NCBI GenBank assembly: GCA_051294375.1
Contig: CM119264.1
Span: 26,781,199 to 26,845,198, forward strand
DNA: 64,000 nucleotides
DNA from: Paraspadella gotoi
Lineage: Eukaryota > Animalia > Chaetognatha
Direction of reading: 5' to 3'
In this document: positions 12,661 through 27,330 of the stretch, piece after piece
Layout: the number at the start of each line of letters is the position of its first letter
How positions within the stretch are numbered: position 1 is the first letter of the stretch
Notes under the pieces: generated by a model
The model's input: only the letters and a program-made list of their open reading frames with translations
Databases searched by the model: none
Told to the model about the DNA's origin: nothing
Program-made: the position numbers and the translations under genes

Positions 12661-15034
12661 CTATATTTCCCGCGTGAGAATCTTCCCTCGACGCGATTAA
12701 GTCAAAAAGCGACGCCTCGCGACTCGAATTTTCCTCAACAAATCATCATTTTTCGAAACTGAATAACTTTTTTTTTTCTTTGTTTTTGTTGTTTTATCTT
12801 TTTTTTTTCTTTCTCTTTTGTTTTCGGCGACGAAAACAAAGAAAATCGTCGGTAACTCGAAAATTTACGCGTCAATTTCTTTCGCGTTTTTTGTTTTTTC
12901 GTCGCTGGAGAGATGAGGAAAGCGACCGCTAGATGGAGTCAGATTAGATCGGAGAGGAATTTCTTCTTTACTGTTTTGTTTAATTGTTTAATTTTTAGTT
13001 TTTATCTATTTACTTTTATGCCTTCATTCCTTTTCAGATTTCGTCCTAATAACCAGAAGTATTGTAGAGTATTTTGATTTCGGTTAAGTTTATTAATTAT
13101 GAAAATTGCAAAATTACTCACTATTCAATCTTAATAGTTTTTAAAATATACATATTTACTGTTCTATTCATCTTAATATTTTTTACGTTTTATCTCTCAT
13201 TCCTCTCATTTTTTACTTTATTTCATTTAACTAATCTTTTCATTTCAACTTCATTTTCTTCAACCTCGATTTTTTCTTCTCCTCGATTTCATCTTCTTTT
13301 TCCTTTCGTTGTAAACGAGAAACTTTATTTCCTCTTCTCGGTTTTCCCGCCATTTTCCCCTCTCTCTCTCTCTCTCTCTCTCCCTTCTCTCTTCTCTTCT
13401 TCTCTCTCTCTCTCTCTCCTTCCATCTCTCTCTCTAGTCTCCTCTCTCTCCGGTCTTCTTCTTCCTGTCTCCTCACTTCGTTATCTCAATTTTTCCGCAT
13501 TTTTCCACTACCTGGTGCAGACCCAGAGGAAGATGACGCAGCGATATGAATGAAGAGCTTGATGTTTCTTTGACTATTTCTTACTCTCTTCTCTCTCTCT
13601 CTCCCTCTTCTCTGCCCTCATCTCTCTCTCTCTTCTCCTTCTTTCTCTTTCTCTCTCTATTCTCTCTATCTCTTCTATCTTACTCTCTTCTACTCTCTCC
13701 TCCATCTATCTCCTCTCTCTCTTCGGTTCTTTTAATTTCTCCTTCTTCTTTGCATTGGATGATTTTTTAAGACGCCGGCGGAATTGGCCCCCGGAGACGC
13801 GCACCTTGACTTTTCCTCTCCCTCTCTCTCCTCCTCCTCCTCTCTCTCGTCTTCTTTCCTCTTCGTCCTCTCATTCTCTCTTTCTCCTTTCCCCCTTTCT
13901 CTCTTCTTCTCTTTGTCTCTCTATCTTCTCTCTCTCTCCTTCTCTCCCCGTCTTTTTCTTCTCTTCGTCCTCCTTTTGGATGAAGACTGGGGTAGTCCCC
14001 CAATTCCCGACCTCCGTGTTTTATGGGAATTACTTACTTTTTTTTGCCTTCGTTACTTCCGGCCTTTAAAACAAATAATAATAAGACTAAGAAAAAAAAA
14101 GCCTTAAAAAAAAACCTGTAAAATGTTCTTGTCGCTTTTTTTTTTCTTTCGATTTCAAAACGTAGTTTTCCCAGAAGGGCAATCGTACGGACGTACGGAC
14201 TTACAGCGCGAACGTTTTATCGCGGGACGAATAATCTCGTAACGACTATGAGACTGTCGACTAATTATCTTGGAAATCAATTTAAATGTACAATTGGAAT
14301 TTTTAATTTGTTTTCAAGTTTTTTAATTTTTTTCATTAATACATTTTTCGAATATTAAATCCGACTCATTCCCCATTATTAACTTTCCTCTTCCTTTGGC
14401 TTTTTCACCTTCCTCTCGAGTCTCTACTCTTCTCTCCCCATTATTTCCATTTCATTTTTTTATTATTGTTTCATTATAATTGTTCAATTGTTTTCGTCAA
14501 AGACTCTTCCGTCATACATAGTTCCACTCTCCTTCCATTTAAATCTCTATGGTTCTCGACTCCTCTCTCTCTCCTCTCTTATCTCGACTTCTCTATTTTC
14601 TTACCTCCCTATTCTCTAACTTCTTTACTTCTCTACTCTCTCCTTATCCTTCCCCTCTTTACTTTCTGTCGCCTTCGAACCACTTGACTCTTTTGTTTAT
14701 GTTGGCTTCTCTTCTGTTTTTCGTCTGTCATAGAGAGAGAGAGAGAGAGAGANNNNNNNNNNNNNNNNNNNNNNNNNNNNNNNNNNNNNNNNNNNNNNNN
14801 NNNNNNNNNNNNNNNNNNNNNNNNNNNNNNNNNNNNNNNNNNNNNNNNNNNNNNNNNNNNNNNNNNNNNNNNNNNNNNNNNNNNNNNNNNNNNNNNNNNN
14901 NNNNNNNNNNNNNNNNNNNNNNNNNNNNNNNNNNNNNNNNNNNNNNNNNNNNNNNNNNNNNNNNNNNNNNNNNNNNNNNACGCATGCAGCGACGACATAG
15001 AACGACAACAACAACGACCCAATAAAGAACCGTT

Positions 15035-15090
15035 GATGACGATGACGATGATGATGATGATGATGATGATGATNNNNNNNNNNNNNNNNN

Positions 15091-15122
<32 letters not shown>

Positions 15123-15265
15123 TTGATGATTATTATGATGATGATGATAATGATGATGACGATGATGATGATTCATCAGAAGATGATGATGATTATGAGG
15201 ATGATGACGATGATGATGATGATTATGATAATGATGATGATAATGATAATGATGATGGTGATGAT
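15035..15265. repeat. (GAT)n microsatellite (noisy copy at 25240-25500)
   Basis: Seen directly; explains poly-M and poly-H ORFs. Confidence 0.95.
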
Positions 15266-15432
15266 ATTTATCTTTTCCGTGTTGATCCCGAACGGTTTCC
15301 TATTGTTTCTGGAGTATTGCATCGAGTATGGAGTATTGGACTGAGAATTGACGTTTTATGACTGCTTTATAATAAATTAAAAATATATTTTATATTTTAG
15401 TATCTCTTCAAAGATTATATTTTACTTCTTTT

Positions 15433-15473
<41 letters not shown>

Positions 15474-15527
15474 TTCTGTTCTTCATTTCTCATTGCTTTG
15501 CCCATATTTTTCACGGTCCTCTCCCAG

Positions 15528-15678
15528 GGTTCGCTATGGTCGTCGAGGGGCCGGCAATGAATTGCTGCCGCTGCCTCTGCCACTGCCGCGTCCCCTGCGG
15601 CAGAATTCGGCAACGGTTTCGATCGCGTTGGAGAAAAAAGTTTCGGCAGCAGACAATCTCACCCTGGGCTGATGAGAG
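15528..15678 (+). CDS. Candidate first coding exon of an unknown gene with a Cys-rich, basic N-terminus
   Basis: ctctcccag| acceptor, ATG at 15536: MVVEGPAMNCCRCLCHCRVPCGRIRQRFRSRWRKKFRQQTISPWADE, strong donor AG|gtgagt; noisy copy at ~25787-25950. Confidence 0.45.
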
Positions 15679-16520
15679 GTGAGTTTTTTGCTCTAAGTCT
15701 TGTTTCACGAAAGAAAGAGAGAGAGAAGAGACGACGAAGAGAGAGACGAGAGAGAGAGAGAGAGAGAGAGATGATTGGATGACGAACTGAGGCCCGAGGA
15801 GAGAGCGATGAGAAATCGAGAGTTAAAGGCAGAGACAGAAATAGAGTTTAAAAAGCAAAAATTGGACCGGGAGAAATGTTAAAGAATTTGGAGAACGCGA
15901 ATAATAAGTAATACGGAAATGGAGATTGACAAAGCCTCTTGTCAAAGGGAAAGGGGGAAAATTTAGAACGCAAAAAAATTATATGTAATAAATAAAATCT
16001 AGCCTTTTTAACCGTTTTGTTAACAATATTTAGTTAACGTTGAAGCCACAGTCAACCTCGAATTGCCACAATTCAACCTTAGGTCATTGTCATCTCTGTT
16101 TCATATGGCTAATCTACCATCTCCTCTCATTTGTGCCAATCTGTCATCTCCTATCATTGATCTCAATTTGAACCATCTCCTATCATTAATACCATTCTAC
16201 CATCTTCAGCGACACGAAAAATCTTTCCAGGCCTATCCCCCGGCGTTCGTGCCGCCCCCATCGCCGTCGCGTCTATTTCCGGCGTCGTTTTCGTCCTCGT
16301 TCCGCGAAACGGCCGTCGTCTCGACGGCCCGAGATTCTCAATTCCAATTTTTCGTTTCCATCGCCCCGAGAGAAGGCCCCCGCCGCAAAGAAAAAAGGAG
16401 CGCGCCCCGAGTAAAATTGGGAACTCTAGGCTCTTTGCCCCTACAACCTGCCCCCCCCCATGCCACCAACAAAGCAAGGTTCAAGTCCGGCCATAACAGC
16501 GCCACGGGCATCTGAAGCTC

Positions 16521-16555
<35 letters not shown>

Positions 16556-17418
16556 CATCACTCTCTTCTTGACACTGGATGCTCGACCAAAATTTTTTTG
16601 CCCTCAATTTCTATCGCAAACAAAACTATTTCTCCGTCGTTCCGCCGCCGCCGGCCGCCGCTGCGACGCACAGCCATCGTAGCTGCCATTTCAATAACAG
16701 CGCCAGGCCGTGCGGCACAAACGGCGTACCGCCGCCAGGCGCCATCCTCTGTCGCCGGCGCCGCGTCGATCGTTGATCGTCGATCATATAATTGGTTATA
16801 CTGTGTCGACCATGCCTAGCGTTCACCCCGCCTATAAGCATGTGATACTTTCAGTAGATGTAACCCGGTTGCTTCATTGAGTTAAAAGCCATCAGCTCAT
16901 GGCCACAATACTTTAATTGCTCAGCTGGAATTGTTAACAATATAAAATAAACTAAAAGTAAACGACGGCGATTTTGGTCGGTTAATAAATACCTTTCTTT
17001 GATATTGGTCTTTTACCACAACCGATATTGAAATTGTTTTTACCCCTTTGCGCGTTTTAAGATGAAGAATGTGCTTGGCGTAATAGTATCAATTCTGCTT
17101 TTTTCAACGCTGTTTTGTAGTGTTAGTTAAGCATTTGTTTTGCTTGTTTTTTAAAGCAAGAGAGAGGAGGAGAGAGAAGAGAGACGAGACGAGAGAGAGA
17201 GATGAGAGAGAGGAAGAGAATTGAGAAGGCAATGAAATCAAACAGATTTAAAAGGAATTTCTCGCTCGAAAAAAGGAGAGAGAGAGGGAAAGGAGAGAGA
17301 AGAGAGAGAAGAGAAAGAGAGAGAGAGAGCAGATGACGGAGAGAAGAGAGGTCTGTTCCTGTGTTTTAAAAGCTGCCGACGCCATCTATTTCGCCATCCA
17401 GTTTTCCCGCCATTTTTC

Positions 17419-17590
17419 TTAGTTGCGTTTCTTGGACTCATTGCTCGGTTTTGTACCTGAGAATCGAGAAAAGTCATTTGCCGCGATTCTCTTTGTAATA
17501 AAAAAAGGGGCAAAACTTGCATAATCTCTCAATTATTGCTTATCAAGTAGGAATTCGTTTAATATAATCGCTCTAAGCATTTAAGTTTTT

Positions 17591-17676
<86 letters not shown>

Positions 17677-18467
17677 CTACTCTCAACTCACCAGTTCTCC
17701 TCGTGCACGTATTTCTTTGTTGCACTGGTTGCCATCACTGATCTCATCCAAGTTTCCCTTTTTCGCCTTCTTCAGGTACCGAGGCTTTCTCCATCCTTTT
17801 GAATCGGACTCGTACTCGCGTGATGTTCGGTCCAATCTCTTTCTCCCATGTTTCTTTCCCTGCGACGTCATGGTAAGGAAAGGATAAGGTTAGAGGAAAG
17901 TTAAGAGAAAAATGGGAGAATTGACTGAAGTCAGGTAATTTAGTGCTGTGATTTGTCGGAAAATGATGCTGAAATTGATGAACGAGTGGAAAGAACTGTT
18001 CACAAGTCTACGGAATCAAGAACCGAAAACATGTTTGGTATATTTAAAAATATATATACTATATATACAATCGCCAATCAATCTTTTATTAAAACTACTA
18101 ACAGCAAAGCTTAGAATTTAAAAAAAAATACAAAATGGAGACAACAAATGCAGGTATTTCCTGAGTATGTCGTTTGTTCAAAAGAATAGCTAACATGAAT
18201 CAGTCTTACCATACCTGAATAGACAAAAACAGACAAGTTCGCATACAACAATTAAACATTTCTAATATTTGTACACTTCGACGTTGCAAGCTCCATTTCT
18301 ATTTCTCCCAACTTCACCCTAATGCATAGAGTGGAGAGGGGTGGCGCCCGCGAGGTGGCGCCCGGGGTGGCGGGAATTAACATTGCGTTTTGTTTACTCA
18401 AGTTCGATGTGAGAATTCTCCCCCAACGACTCCCGTTTATTGCCCCCTTCTAAAACTCTCTCTCTCT

Positions 18468-18505
<38 letters not shown>

Positions 18506-18760
18506 CTCTCCTCTCTCCTCTTCTCTCTCTCTCTCTTCTCCTCTCTCTCTCTCTCTTTTCCGCTGCCTTAAACACACCAGGTTGACTTTAATAGCCTGCC
18601 TCTCTTACCTGCCCCTTTTTCTCACATTTTTAACTCGGAATGACACCATTTATCACTCTTCTTTTTTCTTTTCTTACTTTACTTTTTCCCCTCTTTTCTT
18701 TCACTTTTCGCTTCCTTTTGGATAATAAATAAAAAGGAGGAGAGAGCAAAGATAGAAAAG

Positions 18761-18844
<84 letters not shown>

Positions 18845-19792
18845 TCTCTCTCGTTTTTATGAGCTGGGTTCCTTCGGACCCCTCAAGCGCCAACGCAGAA
18901 ATTTCGCGTCTTCCCGTCGGCAATTTTTTCTACTTCTACTCCTTTTGAAGAGAATCGCTCGGATCTATGGAAAGAACTTGGAGCAGCCGCTCCAGCATGC
19001 TGCAGCACTTGGACGGCTGTCGATTTGCTTCCGACGACCGCAGCCGACGCCGCCAGCAGCATTCTTTCTAGCGTTCCTCTCTTCTTTTTTTAAGCAAAAC
19101 AAAAAACGCCTTTACCAGCTCTTTACACTTTCTTACGGGGTCATGTTATTTCACCTGAATATTCACATTAACGTTAAATCAAGATGTCCAACTCCAAAAG
19201 CAATAATTCGGGGCATATTCAGCAGCCGTTTCTATAACATCATTTGTTCGATCATGCAAACACAAAGGCAGCTTTCCCATCGAAAATAGATATAGACTTT
19301 GTTCATCACTCAGATGAAATATTTACCGCACCAAACTTCAAGGCAATGGTTAAAAACTAAAATACTTAAAAAGCGATAGTTCATCTCAAAGAGTCACATA
19401 TGGAGTCACACACTTATTTCGGATTTGCGTCTTCGTCGGAGGATTACTACCTTACACTCCCCCCCCCCTCAAAAATTTGCAAACGCGAACCAATGATCCG
19501 ATTGTATAATTATAAAATGTTGCGAGTTTAGTCAGGTTTATTTCATCGTTTAATGTCCCTCGAAGCTTAAACTCAAGCGGCTGATAGCCTTAACCCTGAA
19601 AATGTGTTTCATCGTCAACAGCGTGGTTCGTCGTCCCGCGTTATTCGTCGTCGTTCCATAGTCGTCTCATCGTCGTACACCATCGTCGTTCGCTCTCGTC
19701 CATGGTCGATCCTCGCGCTAAAAGGCTCGTGACAGTCGAGTCATCCAAGGTGAGTTCTTCACCAAGACTTCGCCATCACTTTTATCCACCTG

Positions 19793-19857
<65 letters not shown>

Positions 19858-22800
19858 TCTCTCTCTCTCTTCTCACTCTTATTGTGTCTTATCTCTACTC
19901 TCCCTCTCTTACTTCATCTCCCCTCTCTCTCTCCATTCTCACTTATTTCTCCCGGAAGCCTACATCATTTAAGATGTTCTCCCTCAGATCAACCAAGATC
20001 ATCTAAAATGATCATCACATCTTAGATGTAATTATTTTCTTTGTTTCTGTTACTTCGAATCGGTCGATGCAAAGACGCAACGTCCATCAGGCGTAGATTC
20101 TATTGAATTTCTCTCTCTTCCCTCAACACCCGTTGCTTTTTCTTGCACCCTTTCATCTAATCGCGCCCTAACCCACTTTTTAAAAGAAAGAAGAAAAAGA
20201 AAATAACCTATCCGAGATGTTATTCGAACCCATCGCCTTATCCCTCGCTACGCCCCGTGTCTTAATGTGGGCGATCTTTGTCGCACCCTTGCATTCTCAT
20301 GCTTAAAAAAAAGAAAAAAAGATAGAAAGAGAAGAAATTAAAGGAAAGAAAGAGTCGTTTGTAGTATAAAGAAGAAAAAAACTGAGCGCGGAAGCAAAAG
20401 AAATATTGAAAAAAAAGGGAAGAGAGATGAGAAAAAGGAAAAAGATAAAAAATACCATGCCGTTATCAGTGGAGTTCAATTCTTTATTTCAGACCAGAAG
20501 AAACAAAGAATTATCATCCCAGTATATGAAGTATAAAAGAAAAAAAAGACGGAAAAAAAAAAATAAGAGAGGAAAAAGAAAAGAAGTAAAGGAAGAAGAA
20601 AAAAAAGAAAAAGTGCAATTCAAAAAAAGAGAAGAGAAAGAAAAGAATACCTATTTCAAACACTCCTCCCCATTCCCTTCTCTCTCTTCCTCTTTTTGAA
20701 AAAAAAATGAGCGCGTATCTCTCTGTTTATTTATCCCCGTAGCAGAAAAAAAAAAAAAGCAAAAAAAAAAAAAAAAAAAAGAAAGAAAAAAAGCAGCGAG
20801 TGCATCGGAATCTCGCGGGGTTTATCTCTCTAAAACGATGCCGGAAATCGAAACTCGCTTCCAGGTCCCGACGGAGGTGGTTCAAACCTTTTCAAAAATC
20901 GCGCGCCAAGACGGGATTTCTGAATTTCTCTTTTTTTTTTCTTTTTTTTTTTTTTTGCCCTTTAGAACGATTTATTAATAGAGTGCCGAAGGGTTGGCGC
21001 CCGGGCCGCGGAGTGGGGTGGTTAAGGGTTATGAGCTTCAATGGGGGCATGGAGAAAATAGGGGCAACAAGAAATTAAAAGAATAAGCGAAGGTAAGTTA
21101 CGAAAGAAGGAATGCGCAGATATTTTATTATTGACCGGAAGGAGAGAAGCCTTGAAAAGCAGGGGGGTGGGGGGCCTTGTGGATATTAGCGTGGCGGCGA
21201 GCGTGGCCAGGCCGAGGTCGGCCCGGCGCTGGGCCGAAAGGCAAAACATGAACCCACATTTCTTCTCTAGATTGACTGAAAGAAGTCAAAAGAGGACGGG
21301 GAAGGAAAATGGGGGGCGGGAAGCTGGTGGGCCAGAAAAGACTCAAGTATCAGAGAGGGCATTATGGTGAAGGACTGCAGAGTGTCGGAGAAGTTAGGTT
21401 AAAGTTTTAAACGGCGAGAGGGCATGAGGGGTATCAAAGCTATCAGAAAAGAGCATGGGTATGATAAGAGTCAGGTGAGCAGGGATAGAAAAAGGAAAAT
21501 CTAGTTAATAGATTAAAATGCTTAAAAGAGGCGGAAATGTATTTTTTTTTTTAAAGTGATCTAGATTCATAGAGATTTGACAAAAATATTTGATATTCTT
21601 GATACTTTGAAGCAATACTGCATAGAAATTTTGAAGCAACCGGTTATTAGTAGGTATTCAGGGTAGGGAACGATATTCTTCGGACTGAATGACAAGAAAA
21701 AAGCATATTTAACATATTTTATACAATAGCCTGAGTCCCATATCACTAACCTATACCGAGAGCTCGGATTAGAAAATGAATGAAATCTGAATAAAAGAGA
21801 GCGAAAAGAAAAAAACGCTCTCGAGTCTCTGGTGCCGGGGGAGATAAAAGATGGAATAGAGGATGCGAATCAAATTATGGGCCACCGCATAAAACAGAAT
21901 CAAACAAAAAAGAAGATCAACGCCAAACTTGACTCATTTTAATGTTCCGTAATCGCTCTTTCTTTACAAAACCACTTCCCAGACAATCCGCATCCACGCT
22001 CTCTTAAGATAAACCATACCTTTCGAGTTCCATCCATACCACCCTTAATCTCACCCCCAAACTCCCCAACCTCCACCTTCACCCCCACCCTCACCGATTC
22101 TGCGCCCCAACGCGTCGCCAAAGTCGCTGGCCCGAGAAACTGTCGCCGCGTTTTCCCTCGAGCAAAGTACCGTCCAGCGGCGCCGCCACAAGCCGGCGCC
22201 ATTTCCAAGCCGCGATGTCTAGAGTGGCGCGGCCGGTACCTCGCCATCCCCATGTGAGCGAAGGAAAATCGGGGGCGTTGTCCGATGGCCTCCGGTCTTG
22301 GCTTTGTCGTCGGCGTTTAATTCCCTTAGCGACGGCGTACGGGTTTTTGCTTTTCGGACGAGACGGCGTCGGAATGGCAGCAGGGATGTGGCGCTTCTTC
22401 TGTGAGCGGCGCTGCGGTTGGTCGTCGCCTCCGGCGCCCGAATCGAGATCGCCATGGCGCCCGCTTCCAAGCGCACCAGTGGCGCCGCCGTACGTCATGT
22501 CGGGCATCGACTTCTTTTCCCCACTGGAGGTCGGTAGTTGTCGATGCCGCAAGAAGGTCCCGCTCCGCGAGTTGAACGTCCGCCTTGCGGAGAATTGAAG
22601 GAGAGGAAGATGATCGGTGGTGAGTAACGGCATAAAACGGAACGTCATCGTTGGCGTTGATATTTGCTTTCAGCTGAATGTTATAAAAAATAAATCATCT
22701 ATTAACCAATGAAAACTTACTTCCTGGATTTTTCTTGAAATCGTTGTCTATCTTGAAGAGAAAATAAATACAAATTTCGTTTGTTTCAATGTTTATTCTA

Positions 22801-23072
22801 AATAATGGTTAAAATTTTAAAAGGTTTTAGTAGGAAACAAAAGCGTAAAATTCGTTTCACTCTAAGAAAGTATAATAGAATTTAAACTCTATTTATTATT
22901 TATTCATTTTCTTTACTTCTTTGTTCTAATTCTCAAACTCATTAACGAAATTCCGCCTCTTTTTCGAAGGTCGTTTCGCCGCCGACAACAGTCGTCATCG
23001 CCATCAAAACGCCACAATAAAAGCGCGCAAACGCCGCCGCCGCCGCCACTGCCGCCGTTTACGACGCCCCAT
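17419..23072 (-). pseudogene. Frameshifted second copy of the putative prohormone gene (probably an assembly artefact, not a true pseudogene)
   Basis: All five exons recur inside the 15.8-26 kb duplicate with scattered 1-2 nt indels (e.g. ORF 22091..22648 contains KKSMPDMTYGGATG). Confidence 0.5.
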
Positions 23073-23836
23073 CTATATTTTCCCGCGTGAGAATCTCTCC
23101 TACGACTCGATTAAGTTCAAAAGCGGCACGCCTCGCGACTCGGAATTTTCCTCAACAAAATCATCCATTTTTCGAAAACTGAATACTTTTTTTTCTTTGT
23201 TTTTGTGTTTTATCTTTTTTTTTCTTTTCTCTTTTGTTTTCGGACGAAAACAAAGAAAATCGTCGTAACTCGAAAATTTACGCGTCCATTTCTTTCGCCG
23301 TTTTTTTGTTTTTTCGTCGCTGGAGAGATGAGGGAAAGGCGACCCGCTGATTGGCAGTCAGATTAGAATCGGAGAGAATTTCTTCTTTTACTGTTGTTAA
23401 TTGTTTAATTTTTAGTTTTTATCTATTTACTTTTATGACCTTCATTTCTTTTCAGATTTTCGTTCCTAATTAACCAAGAAAGTATTGTAGAGTATTTTGA
23501 TTCGGTTAAGTTTATTAATTATGAAAATTGCAAAAAATTACTCACTATTCAATCTTAATAGTTTTAAAATATACATATTTACCTTGTCTATTCATCTTAA
23601 TATTTTTTACATTTCTACGTTTATCTTCTCATTCTCTCATTCTTTTACTTTATTTCATTTAACTAATCTTTTCATTTCAACTTCAATTTTCTTCAACCTC
23701 GTATTTTTCTTCTTCCTCGATTTCATCTTCTTTTTTCCTTTCGTTGTAAACGAGAAACTTTATTTCTCTTCTCGGTTTCCCGCCATTTTCCCCCTCTCTC
23801 TCTCTCCTCTCTCTCTCTACTCTCTCTCTCTCCTCT

Positions 23837-23874
<38 letters not shown>

Positions 23875-23972
23875 GGTTTTTACTTCCATCTTTCCGCCAT
23901 TTTCCACCTCCTGCCAAGCCAAGAGGAGATGACGAGATAATTGATGAAGAGCTTGCATCGTTCTTGACTAAT

Positions 23973-24034
<62 letters not shown>

Positions 24035-24208
24035 ATCTCTCATATCTCTCTCTCTATCTCTCTCTCTCTCTATCTATCTCTCTTCCTTCGTCCTTTTATT
24101 CTCTCTGTCTTTGCATTGATGATTCTTAGACGCGGCGAATGGCCCCCGGGAGACGCACCTGATTCTCTCTCTCTCTCTCTCTCTCTCTCTGCTCTCTTCT
24201 TCTTCTCT

Positions 24209-24272
<64 letters not shown>

Positions 24273-25671
24273 CCCTCTTTTCTTCTTAGTCTCGCTGATG
24301 AAAGAACTGGGAGGTCCAATCGACTCGTATGTTTATGGGGGATACTTAGCTTTGCTTCGTTTACTCGGCTCTTAAAAAAAATAATAATAAGACTAGAAAA
24401 AAAAGCTTAAAAAAAACCTGTAAATGTTTCGGTCGGCTTTTTCTTTCGATTTTCAAACGTCGTTTTGAAAGAAAGGGCAATTCGTACGGACGCTACGGAC
24501 GTAACTACTTACAGCCGGCGAACGTTTTATCGCGGGAACGAATAATCTCGCTAAACGACTATGAGACTGTTCGACTAATTATCTTGCGAAATCAATTTAA
24601 ATGTACAATTTGAATTTTAATTTGTTTTCAAGTTTTTTTAATTTTTTCATTAATACATTTTGCGAATATTTTAAATCCGACTCATTCCCCATTATTAATT
24701 CCTACTTCCTTTGGCTTTTTCACCCCTTCCTCTCGAGTCTCTACTCTTCTCTTCCCCAATATTTCCATTTCATTTTTTTATAGCATCTTAATTGGTTCAA
24801 TTTTTTTCGACGTTCAAAGACTCTTCCGTCATACATTAGTTCCCACTCTCCTTCCATTTAAATTCTCTATGGTTCTTCGACTCCTCTCTCTCTCCTCTCT
24901 TATTCTCGACTTTCTCTATTTCTTACCTCCCTATTCTCGTAAACTTCTTTACTTCTCTACTCTCTCCTTATCCTTCCCCTCTTTACTTTCTGTCGCCTTC
25001 GAACCACTTGACTCTTTTGTTTTATGTTGGCCTTCTCTTTCTGGTTTTTTCGTCTGTCATAGAGACGAGCAGAGAGAGGAGAGGAGACCGAAGAGAGAGA
25101 GAAGGAGAGAGGAGAGAGAGAAGAAGAGAGAGGAGAGAGAGAGAGAGAGAGAGACTAGACGCGTCTGACAGAGAATAGTTCCAAGCATGCAGCGACGACA
25201 TAGGAACGACAACAAACAACGACTCAATAAAGAACCGTTGATGACGATGACGATGATGATGATGATAAATGATGATGATTGATGATGTTTGATGATGAAT
25301 GATGATTGATGATGATGATTGATGCATGATGATGATTGATGATGATGATGTTGCATGATTATTATGATGATTGATTGATAATGATGATGCACGATGATGA
25401 TGATTCATCAGAAAGATGATGATCTTATGAGGATGATGACGATGATGATGATGATTATTGATAATGAGATGATAATGATAATGTATGATGGTGATTGATG
25501 ATTTATCTTTTCCGTGTTAGACCCGAACGTTTTCCTATGTTTCTGGACGAGTATTGCCATCGAAGTATGGAGTATTGGATGCAGAATGACGTTTTTATGG
25601 ACTGCTTTATAATAAATTTTAAAAATATATTTATATTTAGTATCTCTTCAAAGCCTATATTTTATTCTTTT

Positions 25672-25718
<47 letters not shown>

Positions 25719-25984
25719 TCTCTCTCTTACTACTGTTCTCATTTCTCATTCTGCTTTGCCCATTATTTGTCACGCGTCCTCTCCCAGGGTTCGCTTAATG
25801 GGGTTCGTCGAGGGGCGGGCCAATGAATTGCTGCCGCCTGCTCTGCCACTGCCGCGTTCCCCTGCGCAGGGAATTCGGCAAACGCGTTTTCGATCGCGTT
25901 TGGGAGAAAAAAAGTTTCGGCAGCAGACAATCTCACCCTGGGCTGAGAGAGTGCGTTTTTGCCTCTAAGTCTTGTTTCACCTCT

Positions 25985-26910
25985 CTCGATCCCTACTCCT
26001 CCTCCTATCCTAGCTCCTTCTTCTATCCCTCTCCTCCTCCTATCCATCTCCTCCTTCTATCCTATCTCCTTCTTCTATTCCCATCTCCTTTTTCTATTCC
26101 CATCTCCTTCTTTCTTCTCCCATCTCCTTCTTCTATCCCATCTCCTCCTATTCCCATCTCTTATGGTTGGAATAGATGGAGAGTGTTACGATCATTAAGG
26201 TCCTCATTTGGATTATAATGATATCTATAAAATTTTGCTTTGTAGAATCAAAAACTTTGAATCCAAGCATTTTTTCCTACTAGAAACAATATTCTTAAAA
26301 ATTCTTTGATCAGCTTATTGTTGATTTTTTTTCTTTTTTCGTTCTGTTAATTTAAATTATTTTATATTTTGTTTGAATTGTAAACTGTACAATTTCTATG
26401 CGTTTACTGCTAATGCACTGTTATACCCTTTTGAAATGTACTGTTTTCAACTAATTGTTGTATAAACGAATAAAACACATATATATTATTCCCATCTCCA
26501 TTTCTTATATCCCATCTCCTCCTCCTATTCCCATCTCTTTTTATCCCAATCTCCTTCTTATATCCCATCTCCTCCTCTATTCCCATCTCTTCTTCTATCT
26601 CAATCTCCTCATATCCATCTCTTTTTATCCCATCTCCTTCTTATATTTCCCATCTCTCCTCCTATCCCATCTCCTTCTTCTATCCCAGTCTTCTCCTTTC
26701 CCATCTCTTTTTATCCCATCTTCCTTTCTCATTATCCCCATCTCTTCCTCCGTATCCCATCTCTCCTTCTATTTCCCAATCCTCCTTTCNNNNNNNNNNN
26801 NNNNNNNNNNNNNNTATCCCATCTCTTTTTATCCCATCTCCTTCTTATATCCCATCTCCTCCTCCTATCCCATCTCTTTTTATCCCATCTTCTTCTTATA
26901 TCCCATCTCC
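25985..26910. repeat. ~18-bp pyrimidine-rich minisatellite (TATCCCATCTCCTTCTT-like), interrupted at ~26165-26485
   Basis: Recurrent tatcccatct core; explains low-complexity ORF 26455..27132. Confidence 0.85.
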
Positions 26911-27019
26911 TCCCTCCACCGAAAAGATGGATGGGATTTGATCAAACGACGTCCGTCGAGGATTCCTACGCCGCCAGGCATCGGTTTTTTTTCCGGAGAC
27001 GACTGTGTCTGTCTCAGTC

Positions 27020-27050
<31 letters not shown>

Positions 27051-27152
27051 CTCTCTCTCTCAATTTTTTGCTATTTATATCTCTCACAGTATGTGTGCGA
27101 GTATATGCCTTCTGTTCACTCACTTTATCTAAGCCTCTATCTCGTCCTCTTA

Positions 27153-27192
<40 letters not shown>

Positions 27193-27193
27193 C

Positions 27194-27227
<34 letters not shown>

Positions 27228-27330
27228 GCATNNNNNNNNNNNNNNNNNNNNNNNNNNNNNNNNNNNNNNNNNNNNNNNNNNNNNNNNNNNNNNNNNNNNN
27301 NNNNNNNNNNNNNNNNNNNNNNNNNNNNNT

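Larger units (their letters stand above)
5455..25980. repeat. ~10.2 kb tandem near-duplicate: 5455-15708 vs 15835-25980
   Basis: Collinear throughout (starts gaaatagagtt..aagcaaaa, ends ctctaagtcttgtttcac); the second copy carries many small insertions. Confidence 0.95.
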
